29,988 nt of DNA from a bacterium (lineage in GTDB: Bacteria; Auribacterota; UBA3054; B51-G9). Below are positions 16,489 to 25,243 of this stretch, piece after piece. How positions within the stretch are numbered: position 1 is the stretch's first letter; every line of letters starts with the position of its first letter. Position numbers and translations under genes: made by a program. The notes beneath the pieces are model-generated. The model had not been told where the DNA came from, did not search any database, and saw only the letters and a program-made list of their open reading frames with translations. Where the stretch lies: positions 1-29,988 of the forward strand of contig JAOZNZ010000003.1 in the NCBI GenBank assembly GCA_029933535.1, given 5' to 3'.

Positions 16489-17373
16489 TTTCAAGTTACA
16501 AGCTTTTGAAATCTCTTGAATGTGTTCCGGTGTTGTTCCGCAACAACCGCCAATCATATTTGCGCCAGCATTTATAAGTTCGGGAATTTTTACCGCCATT
16601 TCTTCCGGAGTGGCAGGAAAAACAGTTTCGCCGTTAATAAGTTGTGGAACCCCTGCGTTAGGACGAGCCCAGATAGGTTTATCGGTAAATTTGCGTAATT
16701 CTTTTACAACTTCAATCATATTTTCAATTCCATTACCACAATTTGTGCCGATAATATCAGCTCCGGCAGCGTCAAAATGTGTTGCAGCCTGTTCCGGAGT
16801 AACGCCCATCATTGTAGCGTATCCATTAAGGCCTTTGTCAAAAGTAATAGAGACAGCAACCGGCAAATCAGGAGCGACAGATTTTGCTGCACGTAACGCG
16901 CAGGAAGCTTCTTCTATATCGGTCATAGTTTCGATAATAATACCATCGGCTCCGCCATTTTCAAGTGCGAGAATTTGTTCAGCGAAAGCTTTTTCCATTT
17001 CCTCTTTAGAAATGAGGCCGAGGGGCTGAAGAAATTCGCCTGTAGGGCCAACAGACGCGAAGACGTATGTATTATTATCCACGGCATTTTTAGAAATTTC
17101 GGCGCCTTTTTTATTAATTTCAGCAATTTTATCTCCAAGACCGGATTTTTCAAGTTTAAATTTATTACCGCCAAAAGTATTTGTAATAACTATTATTGCA
17201 CCGTTGTCAGCATAAGATTTTGGTATTTCCGCGACTTTATCAGGGAAATCAAGGTTCCATTTTTCCGGAGTTTCACCCGGAGGAAGGCCGCGTCTTGAAA
17301 GTTCGGTACCCCAGGCACCATCGAGAGGAATAACGGGATAAATTTCGAACAATTTTTCTAATAATCTATTCAT
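16486..17373 (-). CDS. Homocysteine S-methyltransferase family protein (stand-alone MetH N-terminal-like domain)
   Basis: LDGAWGTEL, TNTFGGN, ASVGPTG, IIETM, Zn ligands GTNC and IGGCCGTTPEHI. Confidence 0.9.
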   Translation of the reverse strand: MNRLLEKLFEIYPVIPLDGAWGTELSRRGLPPGETPEKWNLDFPDKVAEIPKSYADNGAIIVITNTFGGNKFKLEKSGLGDKIAEINKKGAEISKNAVDNNTYVFASVGPTGEFLQPLGLISKEEMEKAFAEQILALENGGADGIIIETMTDIEEASCALRAAKSVAPDLPVAVSITFDKGLNGYATMMGVTPEQAATHFDAAGADIIGTNCGNGIENMIEVVKELRKFTDKPIWARPNAGVPQLINGETVFPATPEEMAVKIPELINAGANMIGGCCGTTPEHIQEISKACNLK

Positions 17374-17412
17374 TTTAATTTCTTTTAATGGTTAAAAATT
17401 TATTAAGCATTA

Positions 17413-17441
17413 AGTGTATCAAAAAAGGGACAAAGAGTCAA
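17413..17441 (-). promoter_or_regulatory. Sigma70 promoter for the methyltransferase gene
   Basis: TTGACT (17441-17436) - 17 nt - TACACT (17418-17413), extended -10. Confidence 0.6.
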
Positions 17442-17452
17442 AAAGGTTTATA

Positions 17453-17481
17453 TTGCAAAAAAAAACGGTTTTTGGTATAAT
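17453..17481 (+). promoter_or_regulatory. Sigma70 promoter for ptsI (divergent)
   Basis: TTGCAA (17453-17458) - 17 nt - TATAAT (17476-17481), extended -10. Confidence 0.65.
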
Positions 17482-17565
17482 ATCAAACAATTAAAGTTAA
17501 GTTAAATGAGTTGATTTTTCCTTGGATTACAACAATTTATTTATTACTCACATTTTATAACTAAC

Positions 17566-19386
17566 GTGCAAAAAGAACTACAAATAACAGCTATAAGAAC
17601 ATCTGAAGGCATTGTAATTGGCAAAGCTTATATTTTTAGCCAGATTACAGAAGAGTGCCTTGGTATTTCCGGAATCAGAATATCAGAAGAGCAAACTGAT
17701 AGTGAAATTAAACGCTTAGAAGACGCTTTAAAGAAAACCCGTGACGAAATTGAATCTGTAAGGAATGAAGTAGCAAAAAAAGCCGGACTCAAGCATGCTC
17801 AGATATTTGACGCTCACCTGCTCATTCTTGAAGATCAGGTTTTTATCAATCAGATTAAAAAGTTAATTACTAAAAAGCATTATAATGTTAAGGATGCTTT
17901 TTGCACAATTGCAAAAGAATATTTAAAATCTTTTGAAGGAATAACCGATAAATATTTCCGCGAGAGAACAGCTGATATTAAAGATGTTTTTCGTCGTGTA
18001 ATCCATAATTTGACGGGTTATACAAAAATATCTCTCGCAGGTCTTAAAGAAGATGTTATTGTTATTGCTCACGATCTTTCTCCATCGGAAACTGCGACTA
18101 TGCACAAAGAACGTGTAATAGGATTGGTTACCGAAATTGGTGGCCCGACTTCTCATACCGCAATTATGGCGCGTGCAATGGAGATTCCGGCTGTTACCGG
18201 TGCGGATAAAATCACAGAAATTATTCATGAAGGGGATTTATTAATCGTTGACGGTTCAGCAGGAATAATAATAATTAATCCTTCTGAAAAACAGATTGAC
18301 CAATATAAACATAAACAACAAATCGCTCTTGAAAGAAAAGCACGCCTGTTTATAATAAAAGACGAGCCTGCGATAACTGCTGACAATCACAGGGTTTCTC
18401 TTCTCGCAAATATTGAAATTCCTGAAGAAGCGAAACATGCTATGAATCAGGGAGCTGAAGGTATAGGTTTATACAGAACAGAATTTTTCTTTATGAATCG
18501 AAACGATCTTCCAAGCGAGGACGAGCAGTATGAAGCTTATGCCCATGTTGCCCGTGTTTGCGGTAAGAAGCCTGTGGTTATCCGTACGCTTGACCTTGGC
18601 GGGGATAAATTTGCGTCTGCGTTGAATATTCCTAAAGAAATGAATCCTTTTATGGGTTGGCGTGCAATAAGGATGTGTCTTGAAAGAACAGATATTTTTA
18701 AAGCTCAATTACGCGCAATTCTTCGCGCAAGCGAAACAGGAAATGTTAAAATTATGTTTCCGATGATTGCTACTGTTCAGGAAGTCCGCTCAGCAAAAAA
18801 AATTATCGAAGAAGCTAAAAATGAGCTTAGAAACGAAGGAAAATCTTTTGATGAAAATATTCAAATAGGGGTGATGATCGAAATTCCTTCCGCGGCGATC
18901 ATTGCAGATATTCTCGCGGAAGAAACGGATTTCTTTTCTATCGGCACTAATGATTTAATTCAATATTGTCTGGCAGTAGACCGTGTAAATGAAAAGACCG
19001 CGCATATGTATGACCCGTTAAATATAGCGATAATCCGTATGATAAAAGTTGTAATTGACGCGGCACATAATGTTTCTTACATAAATGAAGATTGTAGAAA
19101 AAATGAAGTTTGTCCGTTTACATGGAACACCAACCGCAAACCAATAAAAGTTTGTGTTTGCGGCGAAATAGCATCAGAACCACTTCTTGCGTATCTTTTA
19201 CTCGGGCTTGGCATAGACGAATTAAGCACAGCAGCGATATCGATACCTCAAAACAAGCAACTTTTACGAGCGTCTTCTTATCAATCGGCAGTAAAAACAG
19301 CTGTTGAAGCGCTAAAAATGTACAACTCAGATGATGTAAAAGAATTACTTATCAAACAAATTCTTGATTTGAATCTTGAGAAATAA
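17566..19386 (+). CDS. ptsI: PEP-protein phosphotransferase (PTS Enzyme I)
   Basis: [12 protein letters not shown] phospho-His motif, [50 protein letters not shown]. Confidence 0.95.
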   Translation: MQKELQITAIRTSEGIVIGKAYIFSQITEECLGISGIRISEEQTDSEIKRLEDALKKTRDEIESVRNEVAKKAGLKHAQIFDAHLLILEDQVFINQIKKLITKKHYNVKDAFCTIAKEYLKSFEGITDKYFRERTADIKDVFRRVIHNLTGYTKISLAGLKEDVIVIAHDLSPSETATMHKERVIGLVTEIGGPTSHTAIMARAMEIPAVTGADKITEIIHEGDLLIVDGSAGIIIINPSEKQIDQYKHKQQIALERKARLFIIKDEPAITADNHRVSLLANIEIPEEAKHAMNQGAEGIGLYRTEFFFMNRNDLPSEDEQYEAYAHVARVCGKKPVVIRTLDLGGDKFASALNIPKEMNPFMGWRAIRMCLERTDIFKAQLRAILRASETGNVKIMFPMIATVQEVRSAKKIIEEAKNELRNEGKSFDENIQIGVMIEIPSAAIIADILAEETDFFSIGTNDLIQYCLAVDRVNEKTAHMYDPLNIAIIRMIKVVIDAAHNVSYINEDCRKNEVCPFTWNTNRKPIKVCVCGEIASEPLLAYLLLGLGIDELSTAAISIPQNKQLLRASSYQSAVKTAVEALKMYNSDDVKELLIKQILDLNLEK

Positions 19387-19398
19387 CAGCGATAATAA

Positions 19399-19488
19399 TG
19401 AATTAATGGATTAGTGGATTAATGGATTGATGTTCTCAACCTTCCAACCTTCCAACCTTCCAACCTTCCAACCTTTTAACCTTCTAAC
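19399..19488 (+). repeat. Two abutting octamer arrays filling the ptsI-leuS gap
   Basis: TGAATTAA TGGATTAG TGGATTAA TGGATTGA (19399-19430); TTCTCAAC CTTCCAAC x4 CTTTTAAC CTTCTAAC (19433-19488). Confidence 0.9.
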
Positions 19489-19495
19489 AATCATA

Positions 19496-21970
19496 ATGGA
19501 ATCTAAGTACAATCACCTAGAAATAGAACCTAAATGGCAACAAAAATGGCTCGATAAAAATGCCTTTGCTGCTGAAGATAATAATAAAACAAAAAAACCG
19601 GTCTATGTTCTCGATATGTTCCCTTATCCGTCTGGCGCAGGGCTACATGTCGGTCACCCGGAAGGTTACACCGCAACTGACATTTTTTGTCGATATCTCA
19701 GAATGGCGGATTTTAATGTCCTTCATCCTATGGGATGGGATGCGTTTGGCCTGCCTGCGGAGAATTATGCAATAGAGACGGGAACTCAACCAAGAGTTTC
19801 CACTGATAAAAACATTGCGCGTTTTAAAGAGCAAATTCAATCCCTTGGTTTCTCTTACGACTGGGACAGAGAAATTGATACAACTGACCCGGAATATTTT
19901 AAATGGACACAATGGATTTTTCTTCAGCTTTTCAAAAAAAACCTTGCTTATGAAGCTGAAATCCCGGTTAACTGGTGCCCGAAATTGAAAACTGTTCTCG
20001 CTAACGAAGAAGTTATTAACGGAAAGTCCGAACGTGGCGGTCATCCGGTTATTAAAAAACCTATGCGGCAGTGGATGCTTAAAATTACAGCTTATGCTGA
20101 AGAGTTACTTAATGATTTAGAACTTGTTGATTGGTCAGAACCAATTAAATTAATGCAGAGAAATTGGATTGGAAAATCCATCGGCGCGGATGTTGATTTT
20201 AGTATTCAGGTGTCAGGTGTCAGGTGTCAGAAGACAGAGGTCGGAGAACAGAGTTCAGAGTTCAGAGTTCAGGAAAAAGATACGGACCACGATCTTAATA
20301 TTCAAGTTTATACAACACGTCCTGATACACTTTTCGGTGCAACGTACATGGTTCTTTCTCCGGAACATCCTCTTGTTGATAAAATTACAACAGAAGAGCA
20401 GAAAGCAGCTGTAAAAAAATATCAGGAAACCGCATCTCACAAATCAGATCTTGAACGCACGGATCTTGCAAAAGACAAAACCGGTGTTTTTACCGGTGCT
20501 TATGCTATAAATCCGGCTAATCAAAAAGAAATTCCTGTGTGGATTTCCGATTACGTTTTAATGAGTTACGGTACCGGTGCGATAATGTCGGTTCCCGGCC
20601 ATGATCAACGCGACTATGAGTTTGCTAAAAAGTTTAATTTACCGATTATCCAGGTTATTTCCGGTGGGAATATTGAAAAAGAAGCACATGAAGGAGATGG
20701 AGAGCTGATAAATTCAGATTTTCTCAACGGCCTTTACGTTAAAGATTCTAAAAAGAAAATGACAGAATGGCTTGAAGAAAAAAATCTCGGAAAATATACC
20801 GTAAATTATAAACTTCACGATTGGGTTTTCTCGCGACAACGTTATTGGGGTGAACCTATTCCAATTATCCATTGCGAAAAATGCGGGCTTGTTCCCGTTC
20901 CGGAAGATCAGCTCCCCGTTACTTTGCCCGAAGTCGAAAAATACGAACCTACAGGAACAGGAGAATCTCCGCTTGCTAATATTGATGAATGGGTAAACAC
21001 AACCTGTCCGGAATGCGGTGGCGTGGCTAAACGCGAAACCAATACTATGCCTCAATGGGCCGGCTCAAGCTGGTATTATCTTCGCTATGCCGATCCGCAT
21101 AACAACAAAAGATTAATTAATCCTGAAAAAGAAAAATACTGGTTACCTGTTGATGTTTATGTTGGCGGCGCTGAGCACGCGGTATTGCATCTTTTGTATG
21201 CGAGATTCTGGCATAAAGTCCTCTATGATATTGGTGCTGTTTCTTCAAAAGAACCTTTCATAAAATTGCATAACCAGGGAATGATTCTCGGCGAAGACGG
21301 CGAAAAAATGAGTAAATCCCGCGGGAATGTTATCAACCCCGATGATGTTGTTAAAGAATACGGCGCGGATTCGCTCCGTCTTTACGAAATGTTCCTGGGA
21401 CCGCTTGAACAGCAGAAACCCTGGAATACGCACGGTGTTGAAGGCGTTTACAGGTTTTTACAAAAAGTATGGCGGCTGACTCAACATGAACTTGCTGAAA
21501 AACAGGATGCAGATTTAGAAAAAGCACGTCATAAAATGATAAAAAAAGTTACCGAAGATATTAAAAATTTTCGATTTAATACCGCTATCAGCGCAATGAT
21601 GATTTTCACAAATGAAGCGCAAAGTAAAAGCGCGACTCGCGAAGATATTGAAGCATTATTGAAATGTCTTTCTCCTTTCGCGCCGCATTTAGCCGAAGAA
21701 ATCTGGCAGAAATTTGGACATGAGGACTTAATTTGTTCAACAAAATGGCCAGCTTACGATGAATCAAAAACTATTGATAAAACAATTCAAATTGTTATTC
21801 AGGTCAATGGAAAACTACGCTCGAAATTAGTTTCTGAACTCAACGCGGACAAAAACGGTCTTCTTAAAATGGCGAAAGAGGATGAACACGTCCAAAAATG
21901 GCTTGAAGGAAAAACAATTATCAAAGAAATTTTTGTACCGAATAGATTAATAAATTTTGTCGTGAAGTAA
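19496..21970 (+). CDS. leuS: Leucine--tRNA ligase with 21-aa repeat-derived insertion
   Basis: [14 protein letters not shown] (HIGH), [51 protein letters not shown]; start moved from 19427 to ATG 19496. Confidence 0.97.
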   Translation: MESKYNHLEIEPKWQQKWLDKNAFAAEDNNKTKKPVYVLDMFPYPSGAGLHVGHPEGYTATDIFCRYLRMADFNVLHPMGWDAFGLPAENYAIETGTQPRVSTDKNIARFKEQIQSLGFSYDWDREIDTTDPEYFKWTQWIFLQLFKKNLAYEAEIPVNWCPKLKTVLANEEVINGKSERGGHPVIKKPMRQWMLKITAYAEELLNDLELVDWSEPIKLMQRNWIGKSIGADVDFSIQVSGVRCQKTEVGEQSSEFRVQEKDTDHDLNIQVYTTRPDTLFGATYMVLSPEHPLVDKITTEEQKAAVKKYQETASHKSDLERTDLAKDKTGVFTGAYAINPANQKEIPVWISDYVLMSYGTGAIMSVPGHDQRDYEFAKKFNLPIIQVISGGNIEKEAHEGDGELINSDFLNGLYVKDSKKKMTEWLEEKNLGKYTVNYKLHDWVFSRQRYWGEPIPIIHCEKCGLVPVPEDQLPVTLPEVEKYEPTGTGESPLANIDEWVNTTCPECGGVAKRETNTMPQWAGSSWYYLRYADPHNNKRLINPEKEKYWLPVDVYVGGAEHAVLHLLYARFWHKVLYDIGAVSSKEPFIKLHNQGMILGEDGEKMSKSRGNVINPDDVVKEYGADSLRLYEMFLGPLEQQKPWNTHGVEGVYRFLQKVWRLTQHELAEKQDADLEKARHKMIKKVTEDIKNFRFNTAISAMMIFTNEAQSKSATREDIEALLKCLSPFAPHLAEEIWQKFGHEDLICSTKWPAYDESKTIDKTIQIVIQVNGKLRSKLVSELNADKNGLLKMAKEDEHVQKWLEGKTIIKEIFVPNRLINFVVK
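20207..20269 (+). repeat. Nine heptamers (63 nt) in frame within leuS
   Basis: CAGGTGT x3, CAGAAGA, CAGAGGT, CGGAGAA, CAGAGTT x3. Confidence 0.9.
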
Positions 21971-21981
21971 AATTCATTAAC

Positions 21982-22050
21982 CACATAAGGAACATAAGGA
22001 ACATAAGAAAATATAAATATTTATTTTAAAAACCGTAAAAACCGTAAAAA
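21982..22050 (+). repeat. Two 9-mer arrays after leuS
   Basis: CACATAAGG AACATAAGG AACATAAGA (21982-22008); AAAAACCGT x2 AAAAA (22028-22050). Confidence 0.75.
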
Positions 22051-22058
22051 CAAAAATT

Positions 22059-22379
22059 ATGAATGAAAAATATTTCCCATTTATTTTTTTTACGGTAATG
22101 ATATTAATGTTTGTTAATTTTTATCATCGTTTCTTAAAATTAAGAAATTTACTAAGAAAACACCACAAACCAGTATCAAATATTTTATGGGGTTTGGGGT
22201 TAGCCAGGGATATAAAACAAGCGAAACTGTTAATCAAAGAACTTGAAGATTCACAAGAAATTAAAGAAGTTAAAACAGCATTAATACAAACTAACATAGC
22301 TTATTTAATGATTTTTGTAATATTTTTTACTTTAGGTGCACTGCTTTTAATGTCTCCAAATATAAAATTTTCTTTTTGA
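22059..22379 (+). CDS. Small hypothetical membrane protein, two predicted TM helices
   Basis: Hydrophobic segments YFPFIFFTVMILMFVNF and IAYLMIFVIFFTLGALLLM. Confidence 0.6.
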   Translation: MNEKYFPFIFFTVMILMFVNFYHRFLKLRNLLRKHHKPVSNILWGLGLARDIKQAKLLIKELEDSQEIKEVKTALIQTNIAYLMIFVIFFTLGALLLMSPNIKFSF

Positions 22380-22401
22380 ACCACAACTTCAAATATCAGA
22401 T

Positions 22402-22449
22402 TTGACTTTATGCATAAAAAATGTTATTATTATGTATAGCTAATACATA
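22402..22449 (+). promoter_or_regulatory. vapBC promoter with palindromic operators
   Basis: TTGACT (22402-22407) - 17 nt - TATTAT (22425-22430); palindromes TTATGCATAA (22408-22417) and TATGTAT-5-ATACATA (22431-22449). Confidence 0.7.
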
Positions 22450-22463
22450 AAAGGAAGCATATT

Positions 22464-22664
22464 ATGAGAACAACAATCGATTTAGATGATGCAATTATTA
22501 AAGCCGCTATGAAAGTTACCGGCGCTAAAACAAAAAAAGAAGTCGTTCACCTGGCGCTTGATGAACTGGTACGTAAACAGCGTCAGGAAAATATGACAAA
22601 ATTACGGGGAACATTTCCCGATATGTTGACGGTATCTAATCTTCAAAAACTTCGCGCACAATAA
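22464..22664 (+). CDS. vapB: VapB-type antitoxin (ribbon-helix-helix, DUF2191-like)
   Basis: MRTTIDLDD...AMKVTG.KTKKEVV..AL.ELVR; TAATG overlap with the PIN gene. Confidence 0.85.
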   Translation: MRTTIDLDDAIIKAAMKVTGAKTKKEVVHLALDELVRKQRQENMTKLRGTFPDMLTVSNLQKLRAQ

Positions 22665-23041
22665 TGATTACTCTCATTGACACCTCTGCGTGGATAGAAT
22701 ATCTGCGACCTCATGGCAACAGTGCCGTTGCTGATACTGTTGAGGAAGTTTTACTAACAGGCAACGCCGGTTTATGTCCGTTAATTGAATTAGAGCTTCG
22801 TGTAGGTTCGCGCAGCAAAACTGAAGACAAGCAACTTTCAGAATTATTTAATTCTTTAATCCAATTACCGATGTCTGATAAAGTGTGGAATTATGCTTAT
22901 CATTTATCTACTACACTGAGAAGAAACGGACATACTATTCCGGCAACCGATATTGCAATTTATTCTTGTGCGAAAGTTAATAACGCAAAATTACTTGCAA
23001 ACGACAAACATTATTTGTTGATAGCAAATAACATAAAATAA
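22664..23041 (+). CDS. vapC: PIN-domain VapC toxin
   Basis: LIDTSAWIEYLR, ELEL, IPATDIAI, LLANDKHY. Confidence 0.9.
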   Translation: MITLIDTSAWIEYLRPHGNSAVADTVEEVLLTGNAGLCPLIELELRVGSRSKTEDKQLSELFNSLIQLPMSDKVWNYAYHLSTTLRRNGHTIPATDIAIYSCAKVNNAKLLANDKHYLLIANNIK

Positions 23042-23080
23042 GAGTACGTGCTTTGGAATCCATTTAATCCAAAATAAAAC

Positions 23081-23117
23081 ATCCCGCCCTATCGGGCACC
23101 CCTCTCAAGAGGGGATT
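23081..23117. repeat. REP-like double hairpin related to 10689-10764
   Basis: ATCCC GCCC-TATC-GGGC A CCCCTCT-CA-AGAGGGG ATT. Confidence 0.65.
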
Positions 23118-23140
23118 TAATCCAATAATCCAATAATCCC
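23118..23140 (+). repeat. TAATCCAA octamer array before rph (reverse complement of the TGGATTA family)
   Basis: TAATCCAA TAATCCAA TAATCCC, ending 7 nt before the ATG. Confidence 0.75.
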
Positions 23141-23147
23141 TCTTCAA

Positions 23148-23918
23148 ATGACACAAATAAAAAATTTAAAAGATCTTGAAATTGATATTGCAAGAAATGA
23201 CGGTAGAAAAGAAGACCAGCTTCGCGAAATTAAAATTACTCCAAACTATATCAAAAACGCGACAGGAAGCGTTTTGATTGAAGCCGGAAACACTCGCGTT
23301 GTGTGCGTTGCATCAATCGAAAACAAAATCCCGAGATGGATGATGCAGCAAGGCATCAGAAAACAAGGATGGATTACCGCTGAATATAATATGCTGCCAT
23401 ATGCAGGCGGGCAAAGAAAAATGCGTGAATCAACTATGGGGAAAGTTTCCGGCAGAACTCAGGAAATTCAACGACTCATCGGTAGATCTTTTCGCGCGGT
23501 AGTTGATTTGAAAGCTCTTGGCGAGCGGACAATTTGGATTGACTGCGATGTTCTTGAAGCTGATGGAGGAACAAGAACGGCATCAATCACCGGAGCTTAT
23601 GTTGCGCTATCATTGGCGATAAAAAAGTTACAGAAAAAAAATATTATTAAAGGTAATCCACTTAAGCAGCAAGTTGCAGCTATTTCTGTTGGGATTGTTG
23701 ATGGAAAAGCTCTATTGGATTTGGATTATAGTGAAGATTTTGCCGCGGAAGTTGATTTTAACGTCGTTATGACCGATTCCGGCGAATTTATTGAAGTGCA
23801 GGGTACAGCTGAAGAAAAACCTTTTACCGGCGATCAACTTTCACAGATGCTTAAATTAGCTGAGAAAGGCTGTAAAGAAATTTTTGAATTGCAGAAATCC
23901 GTGATCTGTAATCCGTAA
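23148..23918 (+). CDS. rph: Ribonuclease PH
   Basis: [63 protein letters not shown]. Confidence 0.97.
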   Translation: MTQIKNLKDLEIDIARNDGRKEDQLREIKITPNYIKNATGSVLIEAGNTRVVCVASIENKIPRWMMQQGIRKQGWITAEYNMLPYAGGQRKMRESTMGKVSGRTQEIQRLIGRSFRAVVDLKALGERTIWIDCDVLEADGGTRTASITGAYVALSLAIKKLQKKNIIKGNPLKQQVAAISVGIVDGKALLDLDYSEDFAAEVDFNVVMTDSGEFIEVQGTAEEKPFTGDQLSQMLKLAEKGCKEIFELQKSVICNP

Positions 23919-23959
23919 TCCGTGGTCCGATTAACAATTAACGAATAACTAATAAAGAA
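23897..23959 (+). repeat. Continuous period-7 array overlapping the rph C-terminus
   Basis: ATCCGTG ATCTGTA ATCCGTA ATCCGTG GTCCGAT then TAACAAT TAACGAA TAACTAA TAAAGAA. Confidence 0.8.
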
Positions 23960-23991
23960 CAACTTTAATTGACCCAACAAACGAAAAACGA

Positions 23992-24020
23992 TTGACAAAA
24001 GTGACTGAATTTAATATAAT
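23992..24020 (+). promoter_or_regulatory. Consensus sigma70 promoter of the ATPase gene
   Basis: TTGACA (23992-23997) - 17 nt - TATAAT (24015-24020). Confidence 0.8.
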
Positions 24021-24081
24021 ATAGTCATTTAACTGACCGAATTAAATATAATTAAGTTTTTTATTAATTGATTTTAGCATA

Positions 24082-25212
24082 ATGTATGTTCATCAAAAAC
24101 AACTGGATAATCTTCACAAACTGCTACAAAAAGGCAAAGTTGTTGTAATATATGGTCCACGCCGATGTGGTAAAACGACTTTACTCAAAGCTTTTTTAAA
24201 AAGTTACAAAGAAAAATTTTTAATGGTGAGTGGCGAAGATATTAATGTACAAAATTATTTATCTTCTCAAAACATTGAAAAGCTTAAAAATTTTGTTGGT
24301 GAAGTAAAATTACTTGTAATTGACGAAGCCCAAAAAATTAATAAAATTGGATTAAATCTAAAATTAATTGTTGATCATATTGAGGATATAAGTATTATAG
24401 CAACAGGTTCTTCAGCGTTTGATCTCGCAAAAAATATTGGTGAACCACTAACAGGTAGAAAGGTAACATTAAAATTATATCCATTTTCTCAAATTGAACT
24501 TAATGCAATAGAAAATAGTCTGCAAACAGATTCTTTATTGGAATCAAAATTAATTTATGGTTTATATCCGGAAGTTATTTTATCAACTAATAATGAATTT
24601 CGACAGCGTTATTTAAAAGAACTAATAGAATCATATTTATATAAAGATATCCTTGAATTAGACGGAATACGACATTCGGGGAAAATTATTAAGTTGCTTC
24701 AATTACTTGCTTTTCAAATAGGAAAAGAAGTTTCTTTTAATGAACTTGGAACACAACTTGGAATGAGCAAGAACACTATTGATCGTTATCTTAATTTGCT
24801 CGAAAAAACTTTTGTAATTCAAAGACTTAATGGTTTTAGTCGTAATTTGCGAAAAGAGATAACTAAAAATCCAAGATTTTACTTTATTGACATTGGTATT
24901 CGTAATGCTTTGATAAATAATTTTAATACAATTGATATGCGTAATGATATAGGTGAATTATGGGAAAATTATATAATTATGGAGCGGTTTAAAAAACAAG
25001 AATATTTTTCTCTTTTTACAAATAATTATTTTTGGAGAACTTATAACAAAAATGAAATTGACTTGGTTGAAGAGCATAACGGAGAACTTCACGGCTATGA
25101 AATAAAATGGAAATCCAAAAAATCTAAACCTCCTGCTTTATGGAAATCAACTTACCCAACCGCTGAATACAAAGAAATAAATTCAAACAATTATCTTGAA
25201 TTTATTAGTTAA
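24082..25212 (+). CDS. AAA+ superfamily ATPase (AAA_14 / DUF4143 type)
   Basis: Walker A GPRRCGKTT, Walker B LLVIDEAQ, ATGSS, EPLTGR, C-terminal EIDLV...YEIKW nuclease-like motif. Confidence 0.85.
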   Translation: MYVHQKQLDNLHKLLQKGKVVVIYGPRRCGKTTLLKAFLKSYKEKFLMVSGEDINVQNYLSSQNIEKLKNFVGEVKLLVIDEAQKINKIGLNLKLIVDHIEDISIIATGSSAFDLAKNIGEPLTGRKVTLKLYPFSQIELNAIENSLQTDSLLESKLIYGLYPEVILSTNNEFRQRYLKELIESYLYKDILELDGIRHSGKIIKLLQLLAFQIGKEVSFNELGTQLGMSKNTIDRYLNLLEKTFVIQRLNGFSRNLRKEITKNPRFYFIDIGIRNALINNFNTIDMRNDIGELWENYIIMERFKKQEYFSLFTNNYFWRTYNKNEIDLVEEHNGELHGYEIKWKSKKSKPPALWKSTYPTAEYKEINSNNYLEFIS

Positions 25213-25213
25213 T

Positions 25214-25241
25214 AAACAAATAACGATTAACAAATAACAAC
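25214..25241 (+). repeat. TAACNAW heptamer array before lysA
   Basis: AAACAAA TAACGAT TAACAAA TAACAAC, ending 2 nt before the ATG. Confidence 0.7.
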
Positions 25242-25243
25242 TC

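Noticed and set aside
19427-19495. N-terminal extension of LeuRS ([23 protein letters not shown]) in the ORF track
   Set aside because: It is the translation of the CTTCCAAC array. The same STFQPSNL peptide appears in the spurious ORF 7144-7365, and LeuRS-like sequence starts at ATG 19496.
19387-19495. T-box or other riboswitch before leuS (and lysine riboswitch before lysA)
   Set aside because: Gaps are only about 110 nt and 31 nt and are occupied by tandem arrays; no T-box motif.
20169-20414. 81-aa alternative-frame ORF within leuS
   Set aside because: Same-strand shadow ORF kept open by the stop-free heptamer array; no SD or recognisable domain.
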